A program made the position numbers and the translations under genes. The notes under the pieces were generated by a model that saw only the letters and a list, made by a program, of their open reading frames with translations, searched no databases and was not told where the DNA came from. A stretch of DNA of 64,000 nucleotides from an uncultured Verrucomicrobiae bacterium. Its GTDB lineage: Bacteria > Verrucomicrobiota > Verrucomicrobiia > Chthoniobacterales > Terrimicrobiaceae. Position 1 is the stretch's first letter; each line of letters opens with the position of its first letter. The stretch lies in contig CAVPOC010000006.1 of NCBI GenBank assembly GCA_963706955.1, forward strand, positions 256,001 through 320,000, given 5' to 3'. This document shows positions 20,587 through 32,098 of the stretch, piece by piece.

Positions 20587-21838
20587 TAAAGGTGCCCCTG
20601 AATTCCGGGCTGAAGTGCGCGGCTCGAGAAAGCCTTTCGCGCTTGCCAAGCTGGCAGCGATCGTCTTGGTCAGCGCGATTCTGGCGCTCGTTTTCAGCAG
20701 CCTTCTTACCAAACCAATGACTGTCGAAACAGACTTGGTCACCCGGGGCGCACTCGCCGTCACGGTCGTGGAAGAGGGAAGGACGCGCATTCGGAATCGC
20801 TACGTTGTCTCCGCAAACATTGCGGGCTTTCTGCAGCGCGTGCCCGTGCGGGCCGGAGATCCAGTCGTGGCGGGCCAAACTCTCCTCGCCACGGTCCGAG
20901 CCGCATCCGCGAGCTTTCTCGATCCGCGGGCACGTGCTCAGGCTGAGGCCGCTGTTCAATCGGCCAACGCGGTTTGCCTGCAGCGCAACGAGCAAGTAAA
21001 TAGCGCTGGCGCAGAATTGGATCTCGGTCAGCGAGAACTTGCTCGTGCGCGGAGGTTAAAGGAGACCGGTGCCATCGCCGTGCAGGCTCTCGAACTTGCG
21101 ATGAACCGGGTCGAAGTGCTCGAGGATCAGCTCGCCTCGGCCAAGTTCGCCTTGAAAGTCGCCGGATATGAGTTGGAACAAGCAAAGGCGGCTCTCGTCC
21201 ATGTCGAGGACGAGCGGGTCGACGCCGGCAGGCTTATCGAAATTCGCTCTCCGGTGACAGGATGCGTGCTCAACGTTTTCGAAGAGAGTGCGCGTGTGGT
21301 TGCTGCCGACACGCCGATTATGGAAGTAGGGAATCCAAGAGATCTCGAGGTGGAGGTGGAACTGCTCTCGACTGACGCCGTCAATGTGAAGCGCGGCGCG
21401 GACGTTTCCATCGTCCGATGGGGCGGAGACGTGCCGCTTCGCGGCAATGTCGTGCTGGTTGAACCCGGGGCCTTCCTCAAGGTCTCTGCGCTCGGAATCG
21501 AGGAACAACGCGTCAAAGTGAGAGTTAACCTTGTCGATCTGCCGGAGAGCGTCCTGGGGGATCGATACCGCGTCGAAGCTCGCATTACGACGTGGTCCAA
21601 TGAAGATGTGCTGCGGATCCCGAGCGCTGCACTGTTCCGTCGCGGCAAGGACTGGATGACGTTCACGGTGGAGAAGAATAGGGCGAAGCTGACGAGGGTT
21701 AGCATGGATCACAACAACGGCAATCTCGCCGAGGTGAAGAACGGGCTTGGCGAAGGTCAGCGTGTCATCCTTTATCCGGCAGATGCGATTGAGGATGGCG
21801 CTTCTGTAAGAATAGCGCTCGAATCCCAATCGAAGTAG
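20579..21838 (+). CDS. HlyD/RND-family periplasmic adaptor (membrane fusion protein)
   Basis: TM anchor, VVEEGRTRIR, coiled coil, IRSPVTG, KVSALGIEEQRV. Confidence 0.9.
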   Translation: MNSKGAPEFRAEVRGSRKPFALAKLAAIVLVSAILALVFSSLLTKPMTVETDLVTRGALAVTVVEEGRTRIRNRYVVSANIAGFLQRVPVRAGDPVVAGQTLLATVRAASASFLDPRARAQAEAAVQSANAVCLQRNEQVNSAGAELDLGQRELARARRLKETGAIAVQALELAMNRVEVLEDQLASAKFALKVAGYELEQAKAALVHVEDERVDAGRLIEIRSPVTGCVLNVFEESARVVAADTPIMEVGNPRDLEVEVELLSTDAVNVKRGADVSIVRWGGDVPLRGNVVLVEPGAFLKVSALGIEEQRVKVRVNLVDLPESVLGDRYRVEARITTWSNEDVLRIPSAALFRRGKDWMTFTVEKNRAKLTRVSMDHNNGNLAEVKNGLGEGQRVILYPADAIEDGASVRIALESQSK

Positions 21839-21907
21839 AGCCCTTTCTCCGCTCGAGACGCGTTCCAGGTGCGCGACTCAGCAACGCAGTTGCAGACTGT
21901 CTTTTGG

Positions 21908-22933
21908 TCAGCGAGGCACTCGCTCCGGTTCGGCGCGGGGCGGTCGTCCCAATAGTTCCCACATTGCTTCGTGAGGAGGCTTGTTCAAGTAAAGGACGGC
22001 GTGCACCTCCGAAATGATGGGAGTTTCGACTCCGAGCCGTTGCGCGCATTGCCAGGCGCTGAGCGCGGTGGGAATGCCTTCGGCCACCATCTGCATCGAG
22101 GCTTGGATCTGAGCGGGTGACTCGCCGCGACCAAGGCGCTCGCCGACCTTGCGATTGCGACTGTGACGGCTGAAGCACGTGACCATCAAATCGCCAACTC
22201 CGCTCAATCCAAAAAATGTTTCCCTTCGTCCGCCAAGAGCCACACCCAAGCGCATCATTTCGGCCAATGCACGCGTGACCAGTCCTGCCTTGGCATTGTC
22301 CCCCATGTTAAAACCGTCCGAAACACCTGCGCTGATCGCAAAAACGTTCTTGAGCGCTCCACCGAGTTGGATTCCCGTCACATCGTCACTCGTGTAAGCT
22401 CGAAAAGTTGGCAGTGAGAAGGTCTTCTGGAGGGTTTCAAGCAACTCCGTCTCCCGGCAGCCGATTACTCCGGCGGCCGGAATGCGCTGCGCAACTTCTA
22501 CCGCATGGTTGGGTCCCGAAAGGACCGCGACCGGGTTTGCGGGCAAACATTCCTCCAGAATATCACTCATGAGCTTGCCAGTATCGTGCTCAATTCCCTT
22601 GGTGCAGCTCACGAAGACAGTCTCTGTTCCAGGCCCCAAAACTGCCAGCTTCATCGCGAGTTCACGGACTGCTTTCGAGGGAGTCACGATCACGGCAAGC
22701 TCCGCATCAAGGGTGTCTTCAAGGCTTGCAGTCGCATAGACGTTGGGAGGTAAGCGGACGCCGGGAAGGTAGGTTTCATTCGTGCGACGCGAGACCAGCT
22801 CTTCCGCGACCGAGGGATTGTGGGCCCACAGCCTAACCTGCGACCGATTCTCCGCGAGGAGCAAGGCGAGGGCTGTCCCCCAACTTCCCGCCCCAATGAC
22901 ACTAATCTTTTTGGGCATCTGAAATGCGGTCAA
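21908..22933 (-). CDS. gpsA: NAD(P)H-dependent glycerol-3-phosphate dehydrogenase
   Basis: GAGSWGTALA, SCTKGIE, LSGPNHA, GALKNV, GVGDLMVTC.S.HSRN. Confidence 0.96.
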   Translation of the reverse strand: MTAFQMPKKISVIGAGSWGTALALLLAENRSQVRLWAHNPSVAEELVSRRTNETYLPGVRLPPNVYATASLEDTLDAELAVIVTPSKAVRELAMKLAVLGPGTETVFVSCTKGIEHDTGKLMSDILEECLPANPVAVLSGPNHAVEVAQRIPAAGVIGCRETELLETLQKTFSLPTFRAYTSDDVTGIQLGGALKNVFAISAGVSDGFNMGDNAKAGLVTRALAEMMRLGVALGGRRETFFGLSGVGDLMVTCFSRHSRNRKVGERLGRGESPAQIQASMQMVAEGIPTALSAWQCAQRLGVETPIISEVHAVLYLNKPPHEAMWELLGRPPRAEPERVPR

Positions 22934-23574
22934 GTTCCTGAGGAAGAAGCCCCTTTCTCGAATTTTTTCTCTGTTCCAGCAAGAAGCCGGTCGATGTTCG
23001 ACTTATGGCGCCAGACTGCCAGAGTGGTCATTGCAAATGCCACGGCAACCAGAAGCCAGTCACATCTTCCAAGGAGCGCGAGAACAAGACTCGAAACAGG
23101 AAGACTGATTGCCGCAAGAATTGAGGCGACTGAAACATAACGGGTAAGCTGGAAAGAGCCCACCCAGACTATGAGACCACACAAGAAAACCCAGATCGGG
23201 AATAACGCAATCATGATTCCGGCTGATGTCGCGATACCTTTGCCGCCTTTGAAAGCAAGCCAGACAGGGAAGTTATGCCCTAGGACGGCAAACACGGCCG
23301 CGAGAATGCCCGCCAACGTCACATGATCGGGAGCGAACTGCCGACTGAAGGCGTAGGCGAGAGTGACGCTCAGCCAGCCCTTGAAAATATCGGCGGCAAA
23401 AACGAGATAGCCCCACTTTTTGCCTAAAACTCGAAGGGCATTGGTTGCGCCGATGTTGCCGCTACCAACTTTTCGAAGGTCGACCCCGTTGACGCGTCCC
23501 ACTATATACCCGGTTGGTAACGAGCCGATTAAGTAGGCTCCAAGAGCCACGGCAAGAGCGAAGCTTAACGGCAT
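22930..23574 (-). CDS. plsY: Acyl-phosphate glycerol-3-phosphate acyltransferase
   Basis: GSGNIGATNALR, GHNFPVWLAFKGGKGIAT, RHKSNI. Confidence 0.96.
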   Translation of the reverse strand: MPLSFALAVALGAYLIGSLPTGYIVGRVNGVDLRKVGSGNIGATNALRVLGKKWGYLVFAADIFKGWLSVTLAYAFSRQFAPDHVTLAGILAAVFAVLGHNFPVWLAFKGGKGIATSAGIMIALFPIWVFLCGLIVWVGSFQLTRYVSVASILAAISLPVSSLVLALLGRCDWLLVAVAFAMTTLAVWRHKSNIDRLLAGTEKKFEKGASSSGT

Positions 23575-23632
23575 AGCGAGGTCATCGAGATCTGGAAGAT
23601 TGCTCTCAACGAAAAATCATGCACCTTTTCTC

Positions 23633-24166
23633 ATGAAAGTCGCGATCGCGATTAGCATTTTTTTCCAATTTTTCAGCATCACCATGAAAAGCGCCGTCGC
23701 TAAAGAGCTGCCTGAGGAGGTGACCGTCAGCCTGCTCGGCCCAGATAACGCCCCACTGCCACCGCAGAAGACCGCGACTGTAAAAAAGTCCAATGAAGAG
23801 TGGCTGAAGCAACTGGGTCCAGAAAGGTTTCGCATCCTCAGAACGGAGGGAACCGAGCAACCTTTCTGCGGTACCCTCTTGGACAACAAGAAGACGGGTG
23901 TCTACCTTTGTGCGGGTTGCGAACTGCCCTTGTTTTCATCGCGCGCAAAGTTCCACTCCGGTACAGGATGGCCCAGCTTCTTTACGCCGTTTGCCAGCGA
24001 GAATGTGGTCGAGATTCACGACCGAAGCCATGGAATGACCCGCACCGAAATTCGTTGTGCGCGTTGCGATGGTCACCTGGGACACGTATTTCCGGACGGT
24101 CCTGCGCCGACTGGGCTGCGTTACTGCCTGAATTCAGAGGCGCTCGTTTTTCTCGAGACGAAGTAG
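23633..24166 (+). CDS. msrB: Peptide-methionine (R)-S-oxide reductase with putative signal peptide
   Basis: GTE.PF, two CxxC Zn motifs, KFHSGTGWPSF, HLGHVFPDGP..TGLRYCLNS. Confidence 0.95.
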   Translation: MKVAIAISIFFQFFSITMKSAVAKELPEEVTVSLLGPDNAPLPPQKTATVKKSNEEWLKQLGPERFRILRTEGTEQPFCGTLLDNKKTGVYLCAGCELPLFSSRAKFHSGTGWPSFFTPFASENVVEIHDRSHGMTRTEIRCARCDGHLGHVFPDGPAPTGLRYCLNSEALVFLETK

Positions 24167-24521
24167 CGAAGCCGAAATCTCGAAAAAAGCGTTTGCGCGA
24201 TGGCTTTCATCGCCTAACTTAATCGTTTCGTAACGAAACTTCTAAACCGAAGCCATTTCGGTGGCCTGAGGGAGTGAAGATAGGGGAATGAGATATACCT
24301 TGAAACTTGCCTGCCACGCGCCCTTTGCCGGGATGCCAGGTCGTCTTTTTCTCCTGTTCCGCTGGACCACTCGGGGAGTTGTCACCCTGAGTCGGATGCC
24401 GGTTTGTCCACCATAGGCTGGCGACGGCACTTCTTTTTTGTGCGCCTGGAAAGCATGCTTACTCCCGGCGCGTTGGATGCCTTCGTCTGAGAGGCTCAAT
24501 AAACGTTCGCAGACTTTCTTC

Positions 24522-26699
24522 ATGCAATTCATTTTTCGTTTCGTTCGGCTAAGCTCACATGGGCCGGCCATCTCCTCATCTCGTGTATGTTTCGGTTTCG
24601 TCGTGCTCGGGCTCATGCTTGTTTCTCAGCAAACAGCGCGATCTGCGTCGAGCATTGCCGACGGTGCGAGCGTTGAAAAGTTTACCGGCGGTCACACACG
24701 CGCTGTGTGGGTGACAGACGCCCGAAACAAAGACAGCTTTGCTGAAAAAAACCATCTTCAACTGGTTGGTTATGACTCGCGCGACGGAAAAGGCGAGCGG
24801 ATCATCTGTGCCGAGAGGGCAAACTACTACCGGCCTTTAATCACGCCCGATGGCGAACGGATTGTCTTTAGTAACCAGCAAAACCTCACAATCTATGTCG
24901 TCAAGTGGGACGGGTCTCCTCCAAGGCTCTTGAAAGAACCAGGGTGCGCAACCGAAGTTTGGCGTGATCCCCAGACGGGGAAAACGTGGGTCTACTACCA
25001 GGAAAGTGTCCGCGATTTCACAAAGCCTGTCCGACGCTTTCCCATCGACGAGCCCGAGAAAGTCGAGACGGTCTGGTCTTCGTCGATTATCCAAGCCTCG
25101 CCATCATTTCAGCTCTCGCGGGATGGCAAGATGGCTGCTTCGACCTTTCCGTGGCCAAGCTCCGGAGTGGCAGAATTACCCAACGTTGCCTGGCGCAAGC
25201 ACCGAGATGGCTGTTGGCCCTCGATGGCTCCCGACGACAGTTACCTTTCTTGGACTTTTGATGGCCCACATCGAAACCTCTTCATGACGCGAGCAGGAGA
25301 AAAGAACTCCTGGAAGATCGACATCTCCAAGGCGCCTGGGGTGAATGACTATGAAGTCTATCACCCCCGCTGGACCAACGATGTCCGCTACATGGTGATG
25401 ACTGGGCCGTATACGTCCGGTAACAAAAAGATCAAGCTTTGGTCCGGCGCGGACGATGTCGAGATTTACATCGGCAAGTTCAACAAGGAGTTCCGCGACA
25501 TGGAGGCTTGGTTTAGGCTCACTACGTCGCGGACGGGAGAGTTTTTCCCCGACGTGTGGATCGCCGATGGGGAAGACAAGTCGAGTAACTTTAAGTCTCA
25601 CGCGGCGGTACCAGCGGCGGGCAAGCCGAGTTTGGTCCAAACTCTCAGAGCGCTTGTGCCCGAGCAGTACGAGAATACATGGCCCGGCACTAGGAAGGGA
25701 CTATTGTTTGAGTGGCGGGACAACAAGGACAACAATCAGTTCGTCGATGGATCCGGAAAGTCGCGTGACGTGCACTTAAAGGCTGAGGGAGGCGCGCGCT
25801 TTGGGCCCAATGGGGAGATGCACATCCTCGGCGGCGCCTTTGTTCCTGATGGAACCTTCAACAAGGAAATTCGCGACGCGTGTAAGAACTCCGACCAGCT
25901 CGCCATTGAAGCCATCGTGACGACCTCGCGCGTTCCTCAATTCGGACCCGCACGAATTATCAGTCTGTCGCGGAGTCCCGCCAAACGAAATTTCACTTTT
26001 GGTCAGGATGGGGATTCTCTTACCCTCAGGCTACAGACGTCAAATACCAGTCGGAATGGAATGGATTTCAAGCTGGCGTCCATTCAGCCAGGAATTCCTT
26101 ACCATGTGGTCGTTACCTATAAGCCTGGATTACTTGTTTGCTACGTCGACGGCAAGATTGCCAGCCAGACCAGTTTCGAAAAGGGATCTTTCGACAAGTG
26201 GCATGGCAGCAGCTACTCGTTGATCTTCGGAAATGAAGTCGGAGGTGTGCGGCCCTGGGAGGGATACTTGGACAGTGTAGCGATCTATGGCCGATTTATC
26301 GAAGCGCATGAGGCGGCCAAGAAATTCGAGTTGGCCGGCGCACGGATTGCACCACGACCAAAAATTGAGCGAACAGTCGTCAAGGCGGAAATGCTCGACA
26401 AAGTTGATTCGCCGCCGGTGGAAGCAATCACCCCCTATCGAAGGGCCTTGGTCATCAATCGCTATCGGGTGAGGGAAGCCAACGACTCCGCGCTCGTGAA
26501 CCAGACAGTGCAGGTGGCTGAGTGGGCGCTTCTGGATGCGAAAATCCCCATGTCGTACGCGCGTGCTCGGCCCGGTGAAGTCCGCGAGATGAGCCTCGAG
26601 CCGTATGACGCGCATCCTCAGCTCGAAAGCGAACGGCTCGCCAGCGACATGCCTTCACTCGATGAGGAGGTCTATTATAGCGTCAGTTCGGGACACTGA
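24522..26699 (+). CDS. Secreted protein: TolB-like beta-propeller + LamG/concanavalin-like domain + unnamed C-terminal domain
   Basis: Hydrophobic N-terminus; PLITPDGERIVFS / LSRDGK / PSMAPDD PD40-like repeats; YHVVVTY...YVDG...WEGYLDSVAIY LamG_3-like motifs. Confidence 0.65.
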   Translation: MQFIFRFVRLSSHGPAISSSRVCFGFVVLGLMLVSQQTARSASSIADGASVEKFTGGHTRAVWVTDARNKDSFAEKNHLQLVGYDSRDGKGERIICAERANYYRPLITPDGERIVFSNQQNLTIYVVKWDGSPPRLLKEPGCATEVWRDPQTGKTWVYYQESVRDFTKPVRRFPIDEPEKVETVWSSSIIQASPSFQLSRDGKMAASTFPWPSSGVAELPNVAWRKHRDGCWPSMAPDDSYLSWTFDGPHRNLFMTRAGEKNSWKIDISKAPGVNDYEVYHPRWTNDVRYMVMTGPYTSGNKKIKLWSGADDVEIYIGKFNKEFRDMEAWFRLTTSRTGEFFPDVWIADGEDKSSNFKSHAAVPAAGKPSLVQTLRALVPEQYENTWPGTRKGLLFEWRDNKDNNQFVDGSGKSRDVHLKAEGGARFGPNGEMHILGGAFVPDGTFNKEIRDACKNSDQLAIEAIVTTSRVPQFGPARIISLSRSPAKRNFTFGQDGDSLTLRLQTSNTSRNGMDFKLASIQPGIPYHVVVTYKPGLLVCYVDGKIASQTSFEKGSFDKWHGSSYSLIFGNEVGGVRPWEGYLDSVAIYGRFIEAHEAAKKFELAGARIAPRPKIERTVVKAEMLDKVDSPPVEAITPYRRALVINRYRVREANDSALVNQTVQVAEWALLDAKIPMSYARARPGEVREMSLEPYDAHPQLESERLASDMPSLDEEVYYSVSSGH

Positions 26700-26704
26700 G
26701 AGTC

Positions 26705-28180
<1,476 letters not shown>

Positions 28181-28183
28181 GGC

Positions 28184-29896
28184 ATGGCCGACTCTCCCTA
28201 TGCCCGAATGACTCGCGAAGAACTCGCTGAGATTGAGGTCGGCAACACGGCCATCAGTCGCACCACCAGCATTGCGATGGTGGCCGGTTTTGTTCTCACC
28301 ATTGTTGGGGTTCCCTTTGCTCAACATGTAATTGAAATCCGCGCGGGTTTTTTGAAAAGCGGTTCGTGGGTATGGCCGAAGGCTTACGAGGTTCGCGACT
28401 ATCCGCAGCGCGCATGGCTCGAACTGATCGATCCCGGAAATGGTAGTTTATTCCGCCGTTTGCAAGCAGCCAATGGTCAGCTCATGCGAGGTCTTAAGAG
28501 TTACGAAGATGCTTTGGAGGACGATTCCTTCATTACTCTGTCGGCGCTCCCTCATGCGCAGGCTCTCACCGCCCAGTTTCTCGGCCTTGGAAACGAGCAG
28601 GTCTATCTTGGGAGGAACGGTTGGCTATTCTACCAACCGGACGTTGCCTACCTCACCGGGCCTGGATTCTTGAGTCCATCGTGGCAGCGCAGTCGCCTCC
28701 ACAGCACAGAGGAAAGTGGCAGGACGATCCACCCAGACCCGAAAAAGGCGATCATCGAATTTAGAGATCAGCTGCAGGCAAGGGGAATCCGGCTCATTAT
28801 TATGCCGGTTCCTGTCAAGCCAATGATCGAGCCGGAATTCCTATCTCGTGCGTATGATCAGTCCCCGCCGATTCCACTGCAAAATCCATCGTATGGCAAC
28901 TTCCTGAAGAGCTTGGACCATGCGGGAATCGAATATGTCGATGTTTCGAAATCCTTGGTCGAAACGAAACATCTGACGCGTCGCCCGCAGTTCCTGCGCA
29001 CCGATACCCATTGGACACCGGATGCCATGGAGAAATCTGCGGCGCTGCTTGCCGAGAAGATGCGGATGCTCGACCCCCGGGGGACAGATCCTCGCTTCAT
29101 GCTGAGACGATCAACCAAGATGATCGAGGGTCTTGGCGATATTGTCGCCATGCTGAAACTTCCCGTGGCTTCGCGTCTTTATCCGAAAGAAACTGCCACC
29201 ATAAAACCTGTCAGCCAGGAGAACGGCGCACCCTGGGTTCCGGACCAGCGCGCAGACACTCTTATCCTCGGAGACAGTTTCTTTAACATCTTCTCCTTGG
29301 CAGAAATGGGGTGGGGGGCTTCGGCCGGATTCGTGGAGCAACTCAGCTATACATTAGGCAGACCTCTTGATGCGATTTTGCGCAACGATGCTGGCGCTTT
29401 CGCCACCCGCGAGTTGCTCGGCCAGGAACTGGCGCGAGGCCGAGACCGTCTTGCCGGGAAGAGGCTTGTAATTTGGGAGTTCGCCGTGCGCGAGCTGGCG
29501 ACGGGCAACTGGGACTTCGTGCCCATGAAAGTTCCAGCGCTTGCGCCGAAGGATTTTTTGGCGCTCGAATCTGGTGAACGCGATATCGTCCAGGCAACTA
29601 TTAAAAGTTTCGGATCCATTCCGCGACCTGGCAGCACGCCCTACAAAGATTTTCTGACTGCCTTCCACATTGTCGGAATCGGTGGAAATCCCGCGAAGGA
29701 GGCAGTTGTTTATCTCCAAACGATGAAGAATCAGGAACTCACGTCTGCGGCGCGCCTCCGGCCTGGCGATGCCGTCTCTCTCGAACTGACGAGTTGGACC
29801 GATGCCGAACCGCGTTACGGAGCAATCAATCGCAGTGAACTCAATGATGAGAACTTGCTCCTGGAAGAGCCAAACTTTGCCGAGCTGTCTCCATGA
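28184..29896 (+). CDS. AlgJ/AlgX-like SGNH O-acetyltransferase with C-terminal extension
   Basis: TM anchor, GRNGWLFY, PVPVKP, FLRTDTHWT (DxH), ILGDSF (catalytic Ser), VIWEFAVREL. Confidence 0.85.
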   Translation: MADSPYARMTREELAEIEVGNTAISRTTSIAMVAGFVLTIVGVPFAQHVIEIRAGFLKSGSWVWPKAYEVRDYPQRAWLELIDPGNGSLFRRLQAANGQLMRGLKSYEDALEDDSFITLSALPHAQALTAQFLGLGNEQVYLGRNGWLFYQPDVAYLTGPGFLSPSWQRSRLHSTEESGRTIHPDPKKAIIEFRDQLQARGIRLIIMPVPVKPMIEPEFLSRAYDQSPPIPLQNPSYGNFLKSLDHAGIEYVDVSKSLVETKHLTRRPQFLRTDTHWTPDAMEKSAALLAEKMRMLDPRGTDPRFMLRRSTKMIEGLGDIVAMLKLPVASRLYPKETATIKPVSQENGAPWVPDQRADTLILGDSFFNIFSLAEMGWGASAGFVEQLSYTLGRPLDAILRNDAGAFATRELLGQELARGRDRLAGKRLVIWEFAVRELATGNWDFVPMKVPALAPKDFLALESGERDIVQATIKSFGSIPRPGSTPYKDFLTAFHIVGIGGNPAKEAVVYLQTMKNQELTSAARLRPGDAVSLELTSWTDAEPRYGAINRSELNDENLLLEEPNFAELSP

Positions 29897-30843
29897 ACTA
29901 CGTCATCGCCGCCTTGCTAATGGCTGCAGTATCCGTTCACGCAGTTGAGAGCGAATCCATCCTCAACGAGCGACTGAAATCGGCCGAACCCACGAGTGTT
30001 GAGGGAGTGGATGGATGGCGATTTCTGCCGGCAGAGATAAAACATCTTCTGGCCGGCGATCCTTCGAATGACCCAAAAAGGCCCTTTGACGCAATCGTGG
30101 ATTTTAACCAGCAGCTTAAGCAGCTCGGCGTCCGCTTGATCGTGGTCCCTGTCCCCGCCAAGGTGACGATACATCCCGAGTTTTTTGACAAACGATTGGC
30201 GGGAGCGGCCGCCGCCTCATCTCCGGAGGCAGCCTTCTACGAAGCGTTGCGAGCCAAAGGCGTCGACGTTGTCGATCTGACGCAGGACTTTGCCGCCGCC
30301 AAAGCCCAAGGGCCGCTGTATTGTGCGCGCGATTCCCACTGGAACGGCCGCGCAATTGTGCTGGCGGCACAAAAGCTCGCCCCCGAGCTCAAAGGGCTCA
30401 GCGAAGCAAACCTCGAACTGGAGGCGAGAGAGGAGCAGATCGAGATTCAGGGAGATCTCGGCGGTGCCAAGGAGAAAGCGACCGTGCGATTCATCAATCC
30501 CAAAGGTCAGACGGCACGCCTTGAACCGGATCGCGCAAGTCCGATCCTCATCCTGGGCGATAGCTATGTCCTGGTATTTCATGACGGAGGCGATATGCAT
30601 GCGTCCGGAGCGGGGCTTCCTGACCAACTCGCCTTTGAACTCCGTGCTCCCGTCGATATCCTCGGCGTTCGCGGTTCAGGCGCCACACCGGCACGGGTCA
30701 GTCTCGCCCGGCGGGCGCGGGCCAACCCGAACTATCTCTCTAGCAAAAAAGTGGTCATCTGGTGCTTCGGGGTGCGGGAATTGACACAAGCCGAGGCATG
30801 GAAGGCAATATCACTTCTGAAGCCACAAAGCTCGGAACGGTAG
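29893..30843 (+). CDS. Second AlgJ/AlgX-like SGNH O-acetyltransferase
   Basis: Signal peptide, GVDGWRF, PVPAK, RDSHWN, ILGDSY, VIWCFGVREL. Confidence 0.85.
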   Translation: MNYVIAALLMAAVSVHAVESESILNERLKSAEPTSVEGVDGWRFLPAEIKHLLAGDPSNDPKRPFDAIVDFNQQLKQLGVRLIVVPVPAKVTIHPEFFDKRLAGAAAASSPEAAFYEALRAKGVDVVDLTQDFAAAKAQGPLYCARDSHWNGRAIVLAAQKLAPELKGLSEANLELEAREEQIEIQGDLGGAKEKATVRFINPKGQTARLEPDRASPILILGDSYVLVFHDGGDMHASGAGLPDQLAFELRAPVDILGVRGSGATPARVSLARRARANPNYLSSKKVVIWCFGVRELTQAEAWKAISLLKPQSSER

Positions 30844-31025
30844 ATTATTTTAAATCAGCGATTTGCCGGCCTATTTTACAGCGATGAAGTAGGCGATGAA
30901 TGTTCTCGCCGACGATCAGGAATGCTCGTGACTGCTCGCAATTCGCTAATGGGAGGCTCGCTAAGGGCGTTGGGCATATCACTTTTGCTTTTCTTTGAAT
31001 AAGCCTGCTTGTTAGCGTCCGCGCC

Positions 31026-31475
31026 GTGGCGAACAATCCGGTCTATTCGTTTTTTGCAACACGGGGCAGCTTTGCCCCATTTTTCCTGAGATTAGCGGTC
31101 GCCGCGATCTTCTTTTATCACGGCGCGCAGAAAACGTTGGGCTGGTTCGCGGGGGAGGGTTGGCAAAAGACTATGGCGCTTTGGACGAGCGCTGAAGGAT
31201 ACAGTCTACCCTACCTTGTGGTCGCCTTCCTTCTGGTTGCGGAACTTGCCGTCTCCTTGGGATTATTGCTTGGTTTTCTCACCCGCCTCGCTGCCCTGGC
31301 GGTGGTCATCATCATGGCGATCGTCCTCATCTTCGTGCATGGAGGCACCACATTCGAGGCGGTGGAATTTCCTTTGGTCTTGTTAGCGGCTGGACTTTCA
31401 CTGCTGATCACCGGGGGAGGTCACCTCTCGCTTGATCGCGCCATCAGCGTGAACCTGCTGCCGCAGGTTGGCTAA
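31026..31475 (+). CDS. DoxX family membrane protein
   Basis: LRL...IFF.HGAQKT.GWF.G.G, LGFLTRLAAL, EFPL, GGG.LSLD. Confidence 0.9.
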   Translation: MANNPVYSFFATRGSFAPFFLRLAVAAIFFYHGAQKTLGWFAGEGWQKTMALWTSAEGYSLPYLVVAFLLVAELAVSLGLLLGFLTRLAALAVVIIMAIVLIFVHGGTTFEAVEFPLVLLAAGLSLLITGGGHLSLDRAISVNLLPQVG

Positions 31476-31490
31476 GCGGAACGATAGCCG

Positions 31491-31518
31491 TTGACTGCAT
31501 GACACTTCCGCGCATAAT
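31491..31518 (+). promoter_or_regulatory. Candidate sigma70 promoter of tRNA-Gly
   Basis: TTGACT-N16-CATAAT immediately upstream of the tRNA. Confidence 0.5.
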
Positions 31519-31532
31519 TCTGCGGAAGTCTC

Positions 31533-31606
31533 GCGGGTATAGCTTAATGGTAAAGTTCCTGCCTTCCAAGCAGGCCACGCGGGTTCGATTCCCGCTACCC
31601 GCTCCA
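31533..31606 (+). tRNA. tRNA-Gly (anticodon TCC)
   Basis: Acceptor GCGGGTA/TACCCGC, D loop TAATGGTAAAG, anticodon arm CCTGC-CTTCCAA-GCAGG, GGTTCGATTCC T arm, encoded CCA. Confidence 0.97.
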
Positions 31607-31819
31607 TCATTCTACATAAGGGACCTCTGTCGTGTTGAGTCGAAATTATTACGGTAGTTGCCCGCTCGGATACATTACGGAAAATTAGGTCCATAGTCTG
31701 GATTGGCACGAATTTGTTTGCTCATCCTCGCTAGCTTGAGGCTTGGTAACCAGTTCAAGTGCTTGCTTGCCCCGGGCAAGTATCCATGGTGTGCTTCCGA
31801 ACTTGGAGAAAATCACTAA

Positions 31820-32071
31820 ATGAATTCAACGAAAACACTCCTTGCGGGCGCAGCTGTTGTCGGGCTTATAACTGGATCAATGGGCGTCCGCGCCTTTGCA
31901 GCCGGCGAACCAACTCCAGCTGGAGCTTTACTGCAGACCATGGGGGAAAAGCACGCCTGCAAGGGACAAAACTCGTGTCGAGGTCAAGGCGGCTGCCAGT
32001 CCGGCGATCAGGGATGTAAGGGCAGGAACACCTGCAAGGGCAAGGGCGGCTGCGCCACTAACAAGAAGTAG
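31820..32071 (+). CDS. Secreted Cys-rich peptide resembling BufA2-type bufferin (MNIO RiPP) precursors
   Basis: Signal peptide followed by two CKGxNxC(K/R)GxGGC repeats, six Cys. Confidence 0.7.
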   Translation: MNSTKTLLAGAAVVGLITGSMGVRAFAAGEPTPAGALLQTMGEKHACKGQNSCRGQGGCQSGDQGCKGRNTCKGKGGCATNKK

Positions 32072-32098
32072 CCGCTCACATCCGTGCGGGATGGAGCA

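Noticed and set aside
31704..31721. Sigma54 promoter before the Cys-rich peptide (TGGCACGAATTTGTTTGC)
   Set aside because: The -24 element is perfect but GC is not at the required GG-N10-GC spacing
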